A DNA stretch of 63,995 nucleotides, filler included, from Basidiobolus ranarum (Eukaryota), in assembly GCA_040143965.1 (NCBI GenBank). It is 3 parts of 3 records of this genome, joined end to end, with 100 filler letters (N's around TTAATTAATTAA, not from the genome) between each part and the next. Parts side by side here need not be neighbours in the genome. Positions count along the whole stretch, not along the records: positions 47,046 to 63,995 come from JASJQH010007198.1; 2 more parts are not named here. One strand, 5' to 3'. This document shows positions 50,975-63,247 of the stretch, one piece after another. The first letter of the stretch is position 1. The number at the start of each line of letters is the position of its first letter. The notes under the pieces were generated by a model. The model saw nothing but the letters and a program-made list of their open reading frames with translations. It ran no database searches and was not told the DNA's origin. The position numbers and the translations under genes are program-made.

Positions 50975-52796
50975 TTATAAGTGATATATTTCGTCCTTTT
51001 TTTCAAAGTACATTTTGCGGAAACGTTGAATGGAAGAAATACTCTCCGCAAATCGATTAAATGTGTTGATCAATGCCACAATCTCACTGCGTTGCAATAT
51101 ATTTGGATTCCCTCGAGCTCCAAACTTGTAATCATCATAAGAGAAGAGAACTTTAAGTGCAGTACCTAATCCAGTAGTTTGAATTTTACCCCATAAGCGG
51201 CATTTCTCACAGCCTACACAATCCATAATCCGAGTAACATTCCGAAAATGATCTTTGAACTCTTCTTTTAGTATCATTGACGCAGAATCACTAAACAACG
51301 CCTTTTCGTCAAATGTAGGAGGAGAAGACTTGCTGAGTTTCAGAATCCTATTGAGGATTTCCTGACAAATGACACATATCAATGTCTGGTTCACACATAA
51401 ATCATACATGTCTAGTTACCTTGATGCTGGCATCCTCGCCCGGATTACCACTGCAAAAGTCATAACGTTGGAGATAGATCGACATCTTATTCAGAGCACG
51501 TAACAAGATAGCATAGTTGAAGTAAATGTTTTCGATGCGATCTGCGTGCTTTCCAACACGTTCGTGGAAGCATTCGAAGTTAGAGCCCCACTGCCCAGTT
51601 GTCTGGTTGAAATATTCATCACATATATGAACGGAGATAGAGGCATGAAGTCCTAGCAGTGTGTTAATACTTCATTTTAGGATGCGATAACCAAATTTGA
51701 TCTTGTACCTGACATCAACCGATAAAATACTCTTTTTTCTAAACAAGTTTCGTCTTCCTCTTTTGTAGAATCCACCAATGCATTTGTCATGGGTGAAATA
51801 TGATCATTGCCATCGGATATTAATCTGATAGGAGCGAAGCAGTTCTCTTCATAAATTGCTTGCCAAATCTTATGAGCTGGAGCACCAGTGTATCCGGTAA
51901 ATCGCTCAGGATTTCTAATCAGATTAACATATACTCCGTCTAATGGGAAGAAATATTAATTTCCTTTGACCTGTTTCAATACAATGACGATGCATTGTGT
52001 ACCTTGTGAACTTTCATCCTCAAGAACGCAAAAATCCTTTTCGGTGAATTCACATTTTTTAAAAGGCTGTAACCCCTAATAATCAATAGAATAAATTCAG
52101 AATTACTGGATGAGGTTATGAATTAAGCAAATTAATTATTTACCAAACCAGCTGGTGAAAAATCGATGGCGCCGAGCTTTTTTTTCAGCTCCTCTGGCAC
52201 TTCAGCCTACAGTAAATCCTTGTAAGTTCTACGAAAAGACAGAAGATTTTCAAATGAGTAACAGACCTCATCCATAACCTCAACACTACAGTCTTCACGA
52301 TTACATAAATAGTTGTTAGGCCAAAAAGGGCATTGTTTATGAAGGTTAAGCTATATATTAGAGGAAGTATGGTGTGTTAGATAGAATAGGAAAAAGAACT
52401 TATAATAATATATACAATGAATTTACCTTATAGTAGCGAAAAAAAGGTGTTTGAACCAGTCTGTGCAATTCTGAGGAAATATCTTGGTTCACTACATTAA
52501 TGGTTTCAAACTCACAAGGAGAATCACCAATTAAACCTATAGGCTGGTAAAATAGTTCAAGCAAGCGTTGAATCACCGTTGTCATCAAATGGCCGACTTA
52601 CATTACAATAGTTCGGATCAGTCTGTATCTCTGATACACCAACAGTGGAATTTGAGAACAATAAAGAGAAGGGATTGGAATAGAAATGCCAAATTCGAGC
52701 ACACCATAAGACAAGAAGGGCAGGAATGAAGTACTTGACTAGGAGTACTTTCTTGGAACTACCAGAAGTATTGTCTAAATTTTTTGCTTCACCCAT
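50975..52796 (-). CDS. ERO1: ER oxidoreductin 1 (FAD-dependent sulfhydryl oxidase), multi-exon
   Basis: N-terminal hydrophobic anchor; FFRYYK|LNLHKQCPFWPNNYLC; YVNLIRNPERFTGY; IWQAIYEENCF; CLEKRVFYRLMS|GLHASIS; MDCVGCEKCRLWGKIQTTGLGTALK (CxxCxxC). The 3' end is slightly uncertain. Confidence 0.94.
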
Positions 52797-52880
52797 TAGT
52801 AAACTTATTTGGGGTTTGATATCAGCAAAAGATAGGGTTATATGCCCAAGCGAGAGGATTAAAACGTTCCGTACTTCTGT

Positions 52881-52889
52881 GACAGCGTG
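52881..52889. promoter_or_regulatory. UPRE-like element (GACAGCGTG) upstream of ERO1
   Basis: Exact CAGCGTG core, as in the yeast KAR2 UPRE, about 85 nt upstream of the ERO1 ATG. Confidence 0.4.
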
Positions 52890-55329
52890 ATAAGAAAGCC
52901 GTTTGGAAACTCACTACTAGAAGTTAGACTGCTTTTCATTTCTGACAATTGATCGGCTAGTAATATATGTTGGAAAGGGTTTTGCATATCTGATAATTCT
53001 CTGATTATGAACGAATCCCTAAAAAAAACTACCCAATAGCCAACAGATGAATAGTGAATTGGCAGACATAAAACTTGATGGAGCCGGACGTATTTAGCCT
53101 AATCGTTATATTTAACTATATCTGTATCATGTACGACTTGCTTCCAAGATTTGTTCCACGCAAATTACTGAGGTAGATCCAATTGACATGAGACACGACC
53201 TTAAGCCCAGCAGTTAACTGATTGCACCATTTGTTTTGTTAGAGCATTTCTCTTTATTTCAACCAGCCAAGCGAGTGTTTAATTGATTAAAAATCACATA
53301 TCATGTGTCGAATCAGTTAACCTACAAATTTAATTTCCTTTTCTATTCACCAAGCTTCTCTGATTGGTTGCAGTAAATGATTTGAATGTGTGAACTGAGC
53401 TTGTCAGGTTAACCTTATCTGAACCTCCAATGAACTCTTGTCGGGATAAATTAGCCAATATAGCCTCCAAGAACATCGTCAAAAGATCCGGGTGTATTGT
53501 CTCTTGCCTCAGACCTGAGTAATATCTTCCTAACTCGCAGGTGGAGAATACACGTATCCATTCATCACCAAGACGGCATCGCGAGTGAAATCAATGCAAC
53601 ATACTGCAATTTGATGCTACAACCAACATGCGTAAGTATGGCTGGTTGCAGTCATAACATATAGAATGCATACAGTACAAAGATTGCCTGTATTGGTTGA
53701 AGTGACCCCAGCACTGCTTTATTTTAGCTGTACTTAATTGACAAATTGCCTTGAAAGCAGCTGAAACTAATCGGAGCATATTCGATATAGCTAATCAGAA
53801 CGGCGGTAACATACTCCGCCAGCATGGTAAAACCTAGCCCCTACCAAAACTTCTATCCGAGTCCAAACTGCATCAAATAAAACTAACCTCAGACATGACA
53901 GTAAGTGTTGGCTGATTTGCTTTTTAACTGCACTTCGTAGGCTGTAAGGGGAGTCTAAGACTGCTTCCTCACCTGCGGTATGGCTTAGTCTGAAATTTGG
54001 GAAAAGCAGGGTGAAATTCATACATTAGCAATATATCTTCGTTTTCATATGTTTCATTGATAGAGTCTATGTTATATCATTATTTTGAATGTGGTTTGAA
54101 GGTTTTCTAAATTTGTAGACCTCATTGTTATTTATATCTAACTTTTGTGGAAGACCTCTTTCTTTCCACTAGAATCATAATTGCCTCACAGACTCTAGCC
54201 TTTATCAGTGGTGTGTATTTGAGATAAAATCGGCGCATTGAAGATAATTATAAATAATGTGATTCCCACTTGTGTATTTGTACTTGTTTCCAATTCAATA
54301 AAACAACGCGTAGGAAATAAAGAAAAAAGTACCAGGGGTATGTTTCTAGGGTGCTAGGGAAGTATATGAAGATTTCGGAGAGTTCTAAACTGGTTTAGTT
54401 ATTCGGTCATTTCTAAGCATCTTTGAAATGTATCAAGAAGAAATTCAAATATTAAATATACAAAACAGGAATTATGAATATTTAGGTGCTCAATTTTCAA
54501 CTTTTAATATTCTGAAGGTACTGTTGCATTAAGAAAATTCTGACTCCAATAAATCCGCAGTAAGAAAAAACTGTAGAAACTCTTAAGGACATTGATGGAT
54601 GTCTAAGAGTATTCCTCATAACATTTTGACAGCTATTCCTCCATCTAATATCTTCTGATAGATTATTTCATCGCCTATATGTATAGTTTTTGTATTGTTT
54701 TGCAACACTGTTTTGAACTTGTGTCTGTTGTTAACCTATGGTACATGATGCTTTACGTATGATCCCATATTATTGATATTATCTTGCAATAATAATTACT
54801 AACAGTCAGAAAATCTGAACAAAGGATGAGCTGATCTTCATATTGATTTCTTTTGTGTTAACAATGGCATTTTCTGTGGTATATTATTTTCTATATTGAA
54901 AGAAGTTCAATATTTTACAGACAACACATAGAATATACATAGCCATCTACAGTGGTTTTGATTGTCAACTCATGAATGATATCAGTAAAAACATTGTGTA
55001 TTTTTAGTTTGGGTACAGTGCTCTGGTCTTTATTCATCAGAAAGCATACAGTGGAATGTGGAAGGGACAGAAGTAGGTGGAATATATTCAAAAGTTAAAA
55101 TGGTAAGATACATTGTAAACTCATCTTGTGAATATGAATATCTTCCAACACTGAATAAGGGTACAAGAACTCTATAGAAGCATTATGAAAATTGAAAATA
55201 TTCATGTCTAAATTTAGTGAATCAAGCAGTGATCCGTCATTTTATTATCGCACATGGCTCCACAAAGGCATGTGCTCTGAAATCAATAAAGTTAGTGAGG
55301 TACTGAATGGGTCATGAGACGATATGCGG

Positions 55330-56940
55330 TAAGTGGATACAAGTTCATAGGTGTGTAAGAATTACGAAACTAATTGAAATGGCTATTTAATCCATGAATA
55401 TGCTAACCACACACATATAGTTTGATTGTAAAGTTTCCTCGTAAAGATCCAGATACAGAGATAAATCTCAAAGATAATCGAACAAATGGATTAAGGACTG
55501 GAACTGAGCCTTATCAAAAGACTACGCTCATACATGATATGGAAAGATCTTCCTACACTTGAGAAATCAAATCGACCAATCGATGGAATAGCCGATTTGT
55601 AACTTTGGGAACGGTTTGATACCTCTGGCATAGAACCAGCTCATGGTTTCTCAAGTAGATAAGCCAGTGTGGTATTTGTAATTCCCCAAGAGTTTCGCCA
55701 TAATAGGCATTAACTTCTACCTAAAAAATATGCTCACCATCTCGTTTGTTGACTATCTATGTGGCCTACCCTAAGCATAAGGCCATTAGCAAATATGCTT
55801 TTGAAAATGTGTAGATTCTAGATCCAAGGAATCCAAGCTAATCATGTGCCTCATCTTTCATAAACAGTCCGCGCTGGTTAAATCATAAGAAAAAAACGCA
55901 ATGGTCGGCAGCGCTAAAGGTGCCAGATTCTTGAGGGCAGAAATTGTATCCATTTATGGAAGGCAGTTACCCCTGTGGTAGCATAAATCATTGGATAGGG
56001 AAATGCCATTTTTTGGAGGAAATCGTCGTTCCTCAAATCAGACTTCAGGCATCGTTCGATATATATTCATCTTAATATATTCACTAATAAGGAAAGCAGT
56101 GGTTCAGGCCTCATTCGATAATGAGGAAAATAGTCTAAATGGTTATTTGTGCTGTATGACTTTTAAGGTTATTCTGGACATCATAATATCTCTTAGCCAA
56201 TAGACCCGCGCATGTTACAAAAAAGGAAAGCTCACGTCAACTGTAGTGATGCCAGATAGTTCAGATTGGGACTATGTATTTCAGCTGTGAGATCAGATTG
56301 ACGCCGCAAAATGAAATCAAATTCCCCAACGTAACCAACCTCACTGCGCTGTGGGAAAACCGGTTGCGATCGGATTGGGACTCGATCGAATTTTGATCGT
56401 GGTGGTGAAACTGCATTCCTACTCCCGTCTAATCGACAGACGTGAGCGAATCTCCGAGCCTGAGAAATGATGATTATTGTGGCATTCTCAAGACATCGTT
56501 AACCTGATCAACTCCATTAAATTGAGTGTTGATTCCAGTCACTTGACCAGAATAGCGTCATGATTATAGCCAGAAATTCCGATTACATCTGATCAAGTAA
56601 TGAATTTCTCGCTACTTGGAACAAGCCAATTCAAGATATATCGAACTCATTGCACTGCACTTCTCAACCAAGAACCTCAAGACTGGTTCACGGCAAGCCA
56701 GTCATCGTTACCGAACTCTTTATATGTCTATCCATCATGGATGTTCTGTTGCGCCATTCTTCTACAGAAGTTCCAAAGCAATGTTTGATACTGAGTCAGA
56801 AGGTACTCCATATTCTGCTGCCCCATTTACACAACGAAGTATGTAGAGTCACGCTCTATTACAATGGTGTTACGTCCAGAAACCAAAGCCAAGTCAAATC
56901 AAATCATCGTTCGAGCTCAATGTTTAGTAAACGGTGGTGA
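55330..56940 (+). mobile_element. Heavily decayed Ty3/Gypsy-like LTR retrotransposon remnant (gag, protease, start of RT)
   Basis: In the expected order, with stops and frameshifts: KFIGV*ELRN*L and QEFRH (gag-like); zinc knuckle SYPCGSINHWIGKC (CX2CX4HX4C with first Cys as AGT) near 55965-56006; VQASFDN and IGLGLD..YSRLID (protease-like); EVPKQ..LLPHLHNEVCRVTL (pre-RT LPPHR..I.L-like). Confidence 0.45.
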
Positions 56941-57722
56941 ATAGCTGGATTTCTTGTTACCAACTAGTTTCTAAATGAAAATAAACCGACGCTAATATCG
57001 AAACTAAATAAACATTTATGAGTTGCAGAATCACAACACTTTTTTCCCACTCTACCTATGGAACTGACGCACTCTCTCTTCCATTTGACATACTATTCAT
57101 AATGTTTATGTATAAATAAGATTTACTTTCAGCCCAAAGAGAAACCTGCACCTTCAAATGCGAGCTAACCGCTAAATGTGCCACAATCTTATATGATCTG
57201 TTCTCTGTTGCATATTGCCTTGACTAAATTTGAAGCTTGCTTTATTTATATACACTGGTGGATAGTTTATGGATCATTATAATTGATATATTCGAATACA
57301 TCTTTCAATTCCAAAGCCATTGAGGAATCAAGGTGTTGATCTAATTAGATGTAGGAATGTGACGATACGACCAATCAGGTGATGTGAGCATGCCCAAAAA
57401 CGGCCTATATTTGGTCAAATTCATGAAGTGTCATGAGTATAAGGATCTTTTGGTAACTTGCCAGAAACAGACAAAAAATTATCAAGAAACATGAGACATA
57501 AATGATTACTTTGGTGAACAAACCCGAGCTTCCTGAAGATATAAAAAGATATCGCCCGGAGAAATTGATAATCAGTTCCAACCATCCTTTTCTCAGTTCT
57601 GTTTCCTCCTTTATCGTTTTCGTCGAGCTCATTCTTTCTTACACATCTCCGAAAATCGTTGAACTCTTGGTTCACCCTTTTCACGCTTGACTAATCGCGT
57701 CTTCTTGGTTCTGAACTCCATT

Positions 57723-59018
57723 ATGTCCGAAAAAATAGCCACCCACGAGCATACCACCAACAAAGATATCCATCAGCTTGAGTTTGAAGATGGAGCAGAT
57801 CAACACAGAACTGGCTCAAGCTTTGGTGCTTACTTCAATATTGTTTGTGTAATTGCTGGCACAGGTACTCTACAACTCCCATTATCCTTGAATCAAGGTG
57901 GATGGATTTCGTTGTTTATAATTATCCTCTCCGCTTGTATTGCCACATACACTGGTCAACTCCTTATAAAGTGCCTTTACTATGACGGTGTAACTCGTCT
58001 ACCTGACTACCCCTCTATTGGAGAAGCCGCTTTCGGTAAAGCTGGCAAGATCTTTGTCAGAATTATCTACTACTCGAATCCACTCGGACCCTCCTGTATT
58101 TATATTCTATTGGCAGGTCAAAACGCCCAGACCCTTCTGAAAGGCTGGGGTGTTAATGTCAATGAGAAAGTTTGCATCATAGTGGCAGCCGTTATCGTTT
58201 GTCTCCCGTATATAGCATTGAAGACACTGAAGGAAGTTGCAATTTTAGCAATTTTTGGTGCTGTTGCTACATTAGTGGTAGTTCTTGTTGTTGTCATCGA
58301 AGGATTTATTCAGCTACCAACTTTAGCCAACAATACGGAAATCACTCATGCCTTTGTCCATGGGTCTGGTATTCCAATTGCTCTTGCATCCATTAGTTTC
58401 TCATTCGGTGGTAATGTCATCTATCCACATGTAGAGGAGGGAATGCGTCACCCTAAATCTTGGAACAAAGTACTGATTTTAGCCATTGGCACTATTACCG
58501 GAATGTATATGCTGATCAGTGTGTGTGGATATTACGTTTATGGCAGTATAACCAAATCTCCCATTTACCTAAATCTACCACAGAACGCAGGGTACTTCAT
58601 AGCGGTCATTCTGATCACGATACATGTTATCCTTGCTGCTCCCATTCTACTTACCAGTTTTGCAAATGAGATGGAAATGATTCTCAAGATCGATAGAAAG
58701 TATCACAGTGCTCCCAAAGAGCTTATGCTTCGTGCCTCTCTTCGTGCGGTAGTTATTGTAGTACTTACAATTATAGCGTTGTTCCTTCCATATGTTCCCA
58801 TTCTCATGTCGCTAATTGGTGCCTTGTCGAATTGTATCATTGTATTTGTGGCGCCTATCGTTCTTTATCTTAAGCTCTATGGATGGAGAAGTGGCAGCAA
58901 ACTAGAACTAGTATGGTGTTTCATCGTGGTAGCAATTGGCTTGTTTGGATGTGTACTCGGAGCCAAGGACGCTATTATTGAACTTGTCCAAGCAATTGAA
59001 ACATCAAATAACTCCTAG
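57723..59018 (+). CDS. Amino acid/auxin permease (AAAP/AVT, SLC32/36/38-like) transporter, intronless
   Basis: 431 aa, about 11 TM; GSSFGAYFNIVCVIAGTGTLQLP, DYPSIGEAAFG, ISFSFGGNVIYPHVEEGMRHPKSW, GYYVYG and LMSLIGA. Confidence 0.93.
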   Translation: MSEKIATHEHTTNKDIHQLEFEDGADQHRTGSSFGAYFNIVCVIAGTGTLQLPLSLNQGGWISLFIIILSACIATYTGQLLIKCLYYDGVTRLPDYPSIGEAAFGKAGKIFVRIIYYSNPLGPSCIYILLAGQNAQTLLKGWGVNVNEKVCIIVAAVIVCLPYIALKTLKEVAILAIFGAVATLVVVLVVVIEGFIQLPTLANNTEITHAFVHGSGIPIALASISFSFGGNVIYPHVEEGMRHPKSWNKVLILAIGTITGMYMLISVCGYYVYGSITKSPIYLNLPQNAGYFIAVILITIHVILAAPILLTSFANEMEMILKIDRKYHSAPKELMLRASLRAVVIVVLTIIALFLPYVPILMSLIGALSNCIIVFVAPIVLYLKLYGWRSGSKLELVWCFIVVAIGLFGCVLGAKDAIIELVQAIETSNNS

Positions 59019-60069
59019 ATTCGATTTCATCAATCCAGACTGCTGTATTCTATCTCATCACCATCATGTCAAGACACCCAAATGGGAAATAAGCTTATTC
59101 TCCATTCCATCATCACAGTACGTTATTCATATCCAAGCAGAATAAATTTTTTTGGGCAATTTCCGATACTTGGTCCGTTTCGCAATATAAATTAAGCTAT
59201 GGGCGGGGAAACTATTGTCCACCAAAACATAAGTAATTTGAGCGGATCTTCGATTTTTTGCCACGATGATGAGTCAAAGTCATTTGTGGCCCAAGTTGGA
59301 AAGTATTTGTGATTATTACCATAATAGTAGCGGAATCGATGAGTCTCCACACATATTAGGAACGTTTAACTTTGAGGGCCAATCCAATTCAATTATGGAG
59401 CAAGTGGGAAAATCGATCATGTACTACAGAACCCCCTTGGCTACTAACTTGGCCATAGAAAATGGAAATTCTGAGTGAATTATAATTATACACTACCTTG
59501 CGAGCATCTGAAACAAATTCACACCTCGTTAATAAACAGTTTTGATTCGATAAGAGGAAGATGATGATGGTAATTAGAGGTTGCTGTTCATAATATTACT
59601 CCAGACACTTGAATGATTGTCGGTCATATTGAGAAAATTCTCATCGTCTCAGTTATGTCGAGCTGAAACTTGTGCGACTTAGGAGTCTGCTCAGTCAGAA
59701 TTCTGTATTTATTGATCCTGAGCTCCACTCTAAGGATCCTCTTTGCGATTGGCGCACTGGTACAAACCAAGAGATTTTATAGTAGTGAGACACAGAGGCT
59801 TTTATTTCGTGCATGGCATACTTTTATATCAATCTTGTAGATGGCATTGAATTGATGGTATCCCCAACACTGCAAGCAGTTCAGGTAATACCAGCATTAT
59901 TTGTTGTTTATGGAGAAATTCTGATTATTTGTGCACTTGCTATTCAAAGAATCCGCTATCTCTTGTGACGATGCCGTTTGTGGCATATCTGAGGTCGAGA
60001 TATTGAGTATGGATGGTCTCGATCCCATTTACAATTAGCCATGTCTTCTAGTTGTTGAATAGGATCTTT

Positions 60070-60420
60070 TTAAACAACATTACCAGTAATCGCTTCAAAT
60101 GCAAAGGAGTAATTGGAACATCGCGCCAGAATAGGCTCATTTAAACAAAAGGAGTCGTAACGTTAAAACTTGAGTGACGAGTGAGAATAGATCACGGGGT
60201 GAGAGTATGGTGGTGGTGTACAACTGATTTTCTTTTGAAAAACATCAGATGATAATTCCCTCATGGCAAATCTAGTGCATATCTTTTGATTGATCCAGAC
60301 AGATTGGGTGCTGAGATTCCCATGAACCATTATTTCTCTGGTCCAAAGGTAGATTACCACGGTATTGATTACTGCTACTTGGTGGCGCTTACTGTTAAAG
60401 GGCGATTGGATTGAGTACAT
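60070..60420 (-). pseudogene. Possible decayed protein-kinase-like fragment
   Basis: YLWTREIMVHGNLSTQSVWIN..TPPPYSHP..*..YSFAFEAITG loosely follows kinase subdomains VIb, VIII and IX; contains in-frame stops. Confidence 0.2.
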
Positions 60421-63247
60421 TCACATTCAATCCATGTAGTCATCAATAATGAGATGGGGCTTTCTATAAAATATACAAACTGATTCTATTCTCACTTTAA
60501 TATCCCCAGGTTTTATTTCTAGAAAATCCGCCACGTCCGTGAGAACATACTTGACACTGTTTCAAGTTGGTCCTATAATTGCTTCTTGGTAAGGGTTACA
60601 AAATCTACTACTGAGACATGATCAATAGTTACCAGTGGCCGAGCTTTTTTTACTTTATTTATCTCTACAATTCCCTCAAGCCACCATGCTGCTTCTTTTC
60701 AATGTATGATCCATCCAATCTCACGAGAATCACCATAGACTATTAAGTGATTTAACTCTGCGTATTTCCAAAACCAAAGCCACTTCAATGGTCGCCAAGA
60801 CTTTGTTTAAAAATCTTTGCTGTATCACCTCTACTATTATCTTATCTTGTTTTACTGAATTCATATAGTAATGAATGATGCTTGAGTGATGAGTTTGTTG
60901 ATTTACGGTTAGGTCAATTTATTCATGGTGCAATGTAAACATTAAACCGTGATTCTCTTCGAATTCATTCCATTTATTCGTTCTACTTTGCGTATGTACG
61001 CTCTCAGTGCAGTGGTCAACTGTTGAATGTACCACTACTCTTTCTTAATAAAGTCTGATTGGTGTCGTACCATCTATGGAGAACTATGGTTGTGATTGTG
61101 ACGGCCCTCGTGCATATTGTTGGAGATACACCATAATTAGTTTATAGTAGTAATGCTATTGATTAACGTTAAACAACCATGATATGGCATTGATCTATTT
61201 CTGATTGGATGATTGAGTATAGGCGTTAATTGATCTTGTTAACCAGTGTGGGTTACTCCCACCATTCGATATTCTCTGGTAACTCGAAACGGATCAAACC
61301 TGATCTACTTTGATTCATTTGTAGATCAGTTCAAACTTCGATCTCCATGTTCAAGACCAGACTGATTGTGGTGATTTATTCATAATGAAATCATACCAGT
61401 GTAATTGAAATCAAAGAAATCCTCTTTCATTCATAACGTATAACGTTGACTATCAATGCGATATTATTCAATGCACTAGTGATGGCCCAAGTCCTCCTTT
61501 TACGAAAATTCCAATACTTACTCTTTGCTTCAGACTTTTAGAGCTTCATGCAATACACTCAATGTGTGTACTGAACTGAATCTTCTGGTTAATAATAATA
61601 AAAGTGTTGGATCTATGACCTTGGGATTTGTTAGGCAGTCATTGAAAGTAGCATAAAAATTAGAGTCAAGTACCTAAGTATTGATATACCATATTAAAAT
61701 AATTGGCAGAATATTTTTTCCAACCAACGGGTAGATAATTTTAATCATATATTTCTTCTATACTAAATTCTTCCTGCAACATGTAAGCTGGTTGACTTTA
61801 TTAATATTATCGCGTAATATCAAATTGGAACACATATCCAGTAATTATTTGAATAAAGCAAAACTACTTCCAAGCTTACCAAGGAGGCTATGTAACTTTG
61901 AAACCTATTCTAATGCTCATACTCATAACAATCTCAAAATACACTTGTAACCATTGTGAAATAAATTTATTCGCTAATGATCACAGAATATGCTAGAAGT
62001 ATCTGTACTGAAATTCAATATCACTCTGGAGAACGACCATTTGCAGCAAGTCTCCTGATCAACTGAAGACATGATAACTGACATTCAAGTAGTATAATTA
62101 TATCTAACATAGATGTATTATCCAAGAAATAGCAAGCTAACATGTTATTTTAAAGTCCTTGAACTTAGCCCCAAGTTGGCTGATGTTACTCTCACAGATA
62201 TTTCGAACGTAGCCTCATTACTTTGGTCTTCCCTTCAAAAGTATAAATCATTCAAGCATATAGTACGTTCATTTCTTAACAATAAACTACAAAACTCCAA
62301 TTATCGCAATATAATACATGCCAAAGATATTTTTAAATTTGGAATTCAATTTGTGTAATTCACTAAACATTTCCAATATTTCTAACATATATCTATATCT
62401 ATATTATAGTTAGAACTACAATATACCACTATTATCACTATACACAAATCTCTACTATCACTCTTCTTTATTTGAAGGAGAATTTAGGTTCTCCTTGTTA
62501 ATACCAGGTATTCCTACAATTTGTATCTCCCACTTCCTTTACTTCCCTCACACTTTTATAGGGCTCCAATATGTTTTCAGTTAACTTGTAACTGAGGTAA
62601 AATATTTCAACACCCTCCCTCGTATGGTAAAGGAATGACTTGATATTGAAACTTGAAAGCATCCAGAGTTCCTAAGTGTTTGACTGGAATGTAGAATAAT
62701 TTGAAATAACAATGTCGTTCACATTTAGTGATTTTATCCATCAAATTCCCACGGTGAAAAGGATCAATGATTCTTAGGTATTGAGAACCTTTATCAAAAT
62801 CTTTGCCAAACAAGTTTTAGCCGCAATACGAATAATAATATTATTAGCCAGCTAAATATTCCTGTTTATGGTCATTTACGAGAGTAAGTTCACCTTTACA
62901 CCAATGATAACCCTTAGTATGATTGTTGACTAATACTGAGTATGGTGAGCAATTTAGAATACGTGATAGAGCCATTATAATCGAAAAATTTCTTTTAAAT
63001 AGCAAAACTCAACAATTCTCTGTTTATTATGGCTCACCTTCACCTTTTGGACAGAAAGGTAGTTGCGTCGTACGTTTTGGAATAAACTAATTTGGTATTG
63101 AATGGTAATAATCAATGGAATAGTAGTAGAAGAATGTACCAAAAATGTAAAGAAATAGAAGGTATAGCTTGTGTATCCATGGTTGTCAAAGTCAATAATT
63201 AACATAACATCCACCGAGTATTGTCTAGGTTAGATAAAGATTATTGA

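Noticed and set aside
60306-60330. GGGTGCTGAGATTCCCATGAACC as a second TPP riboswitch
   Set aside because: No P3 stem and no TGATC/P4-P5 region; likely a chance match.
62607-62813. QVIPLPYEGGC (and FAPKMDGGWG near 15145-15200) as non-LTR retrotransposon remnants
   Set aside because: Only one short motif each, with no recognisable RT core in the right spacing.
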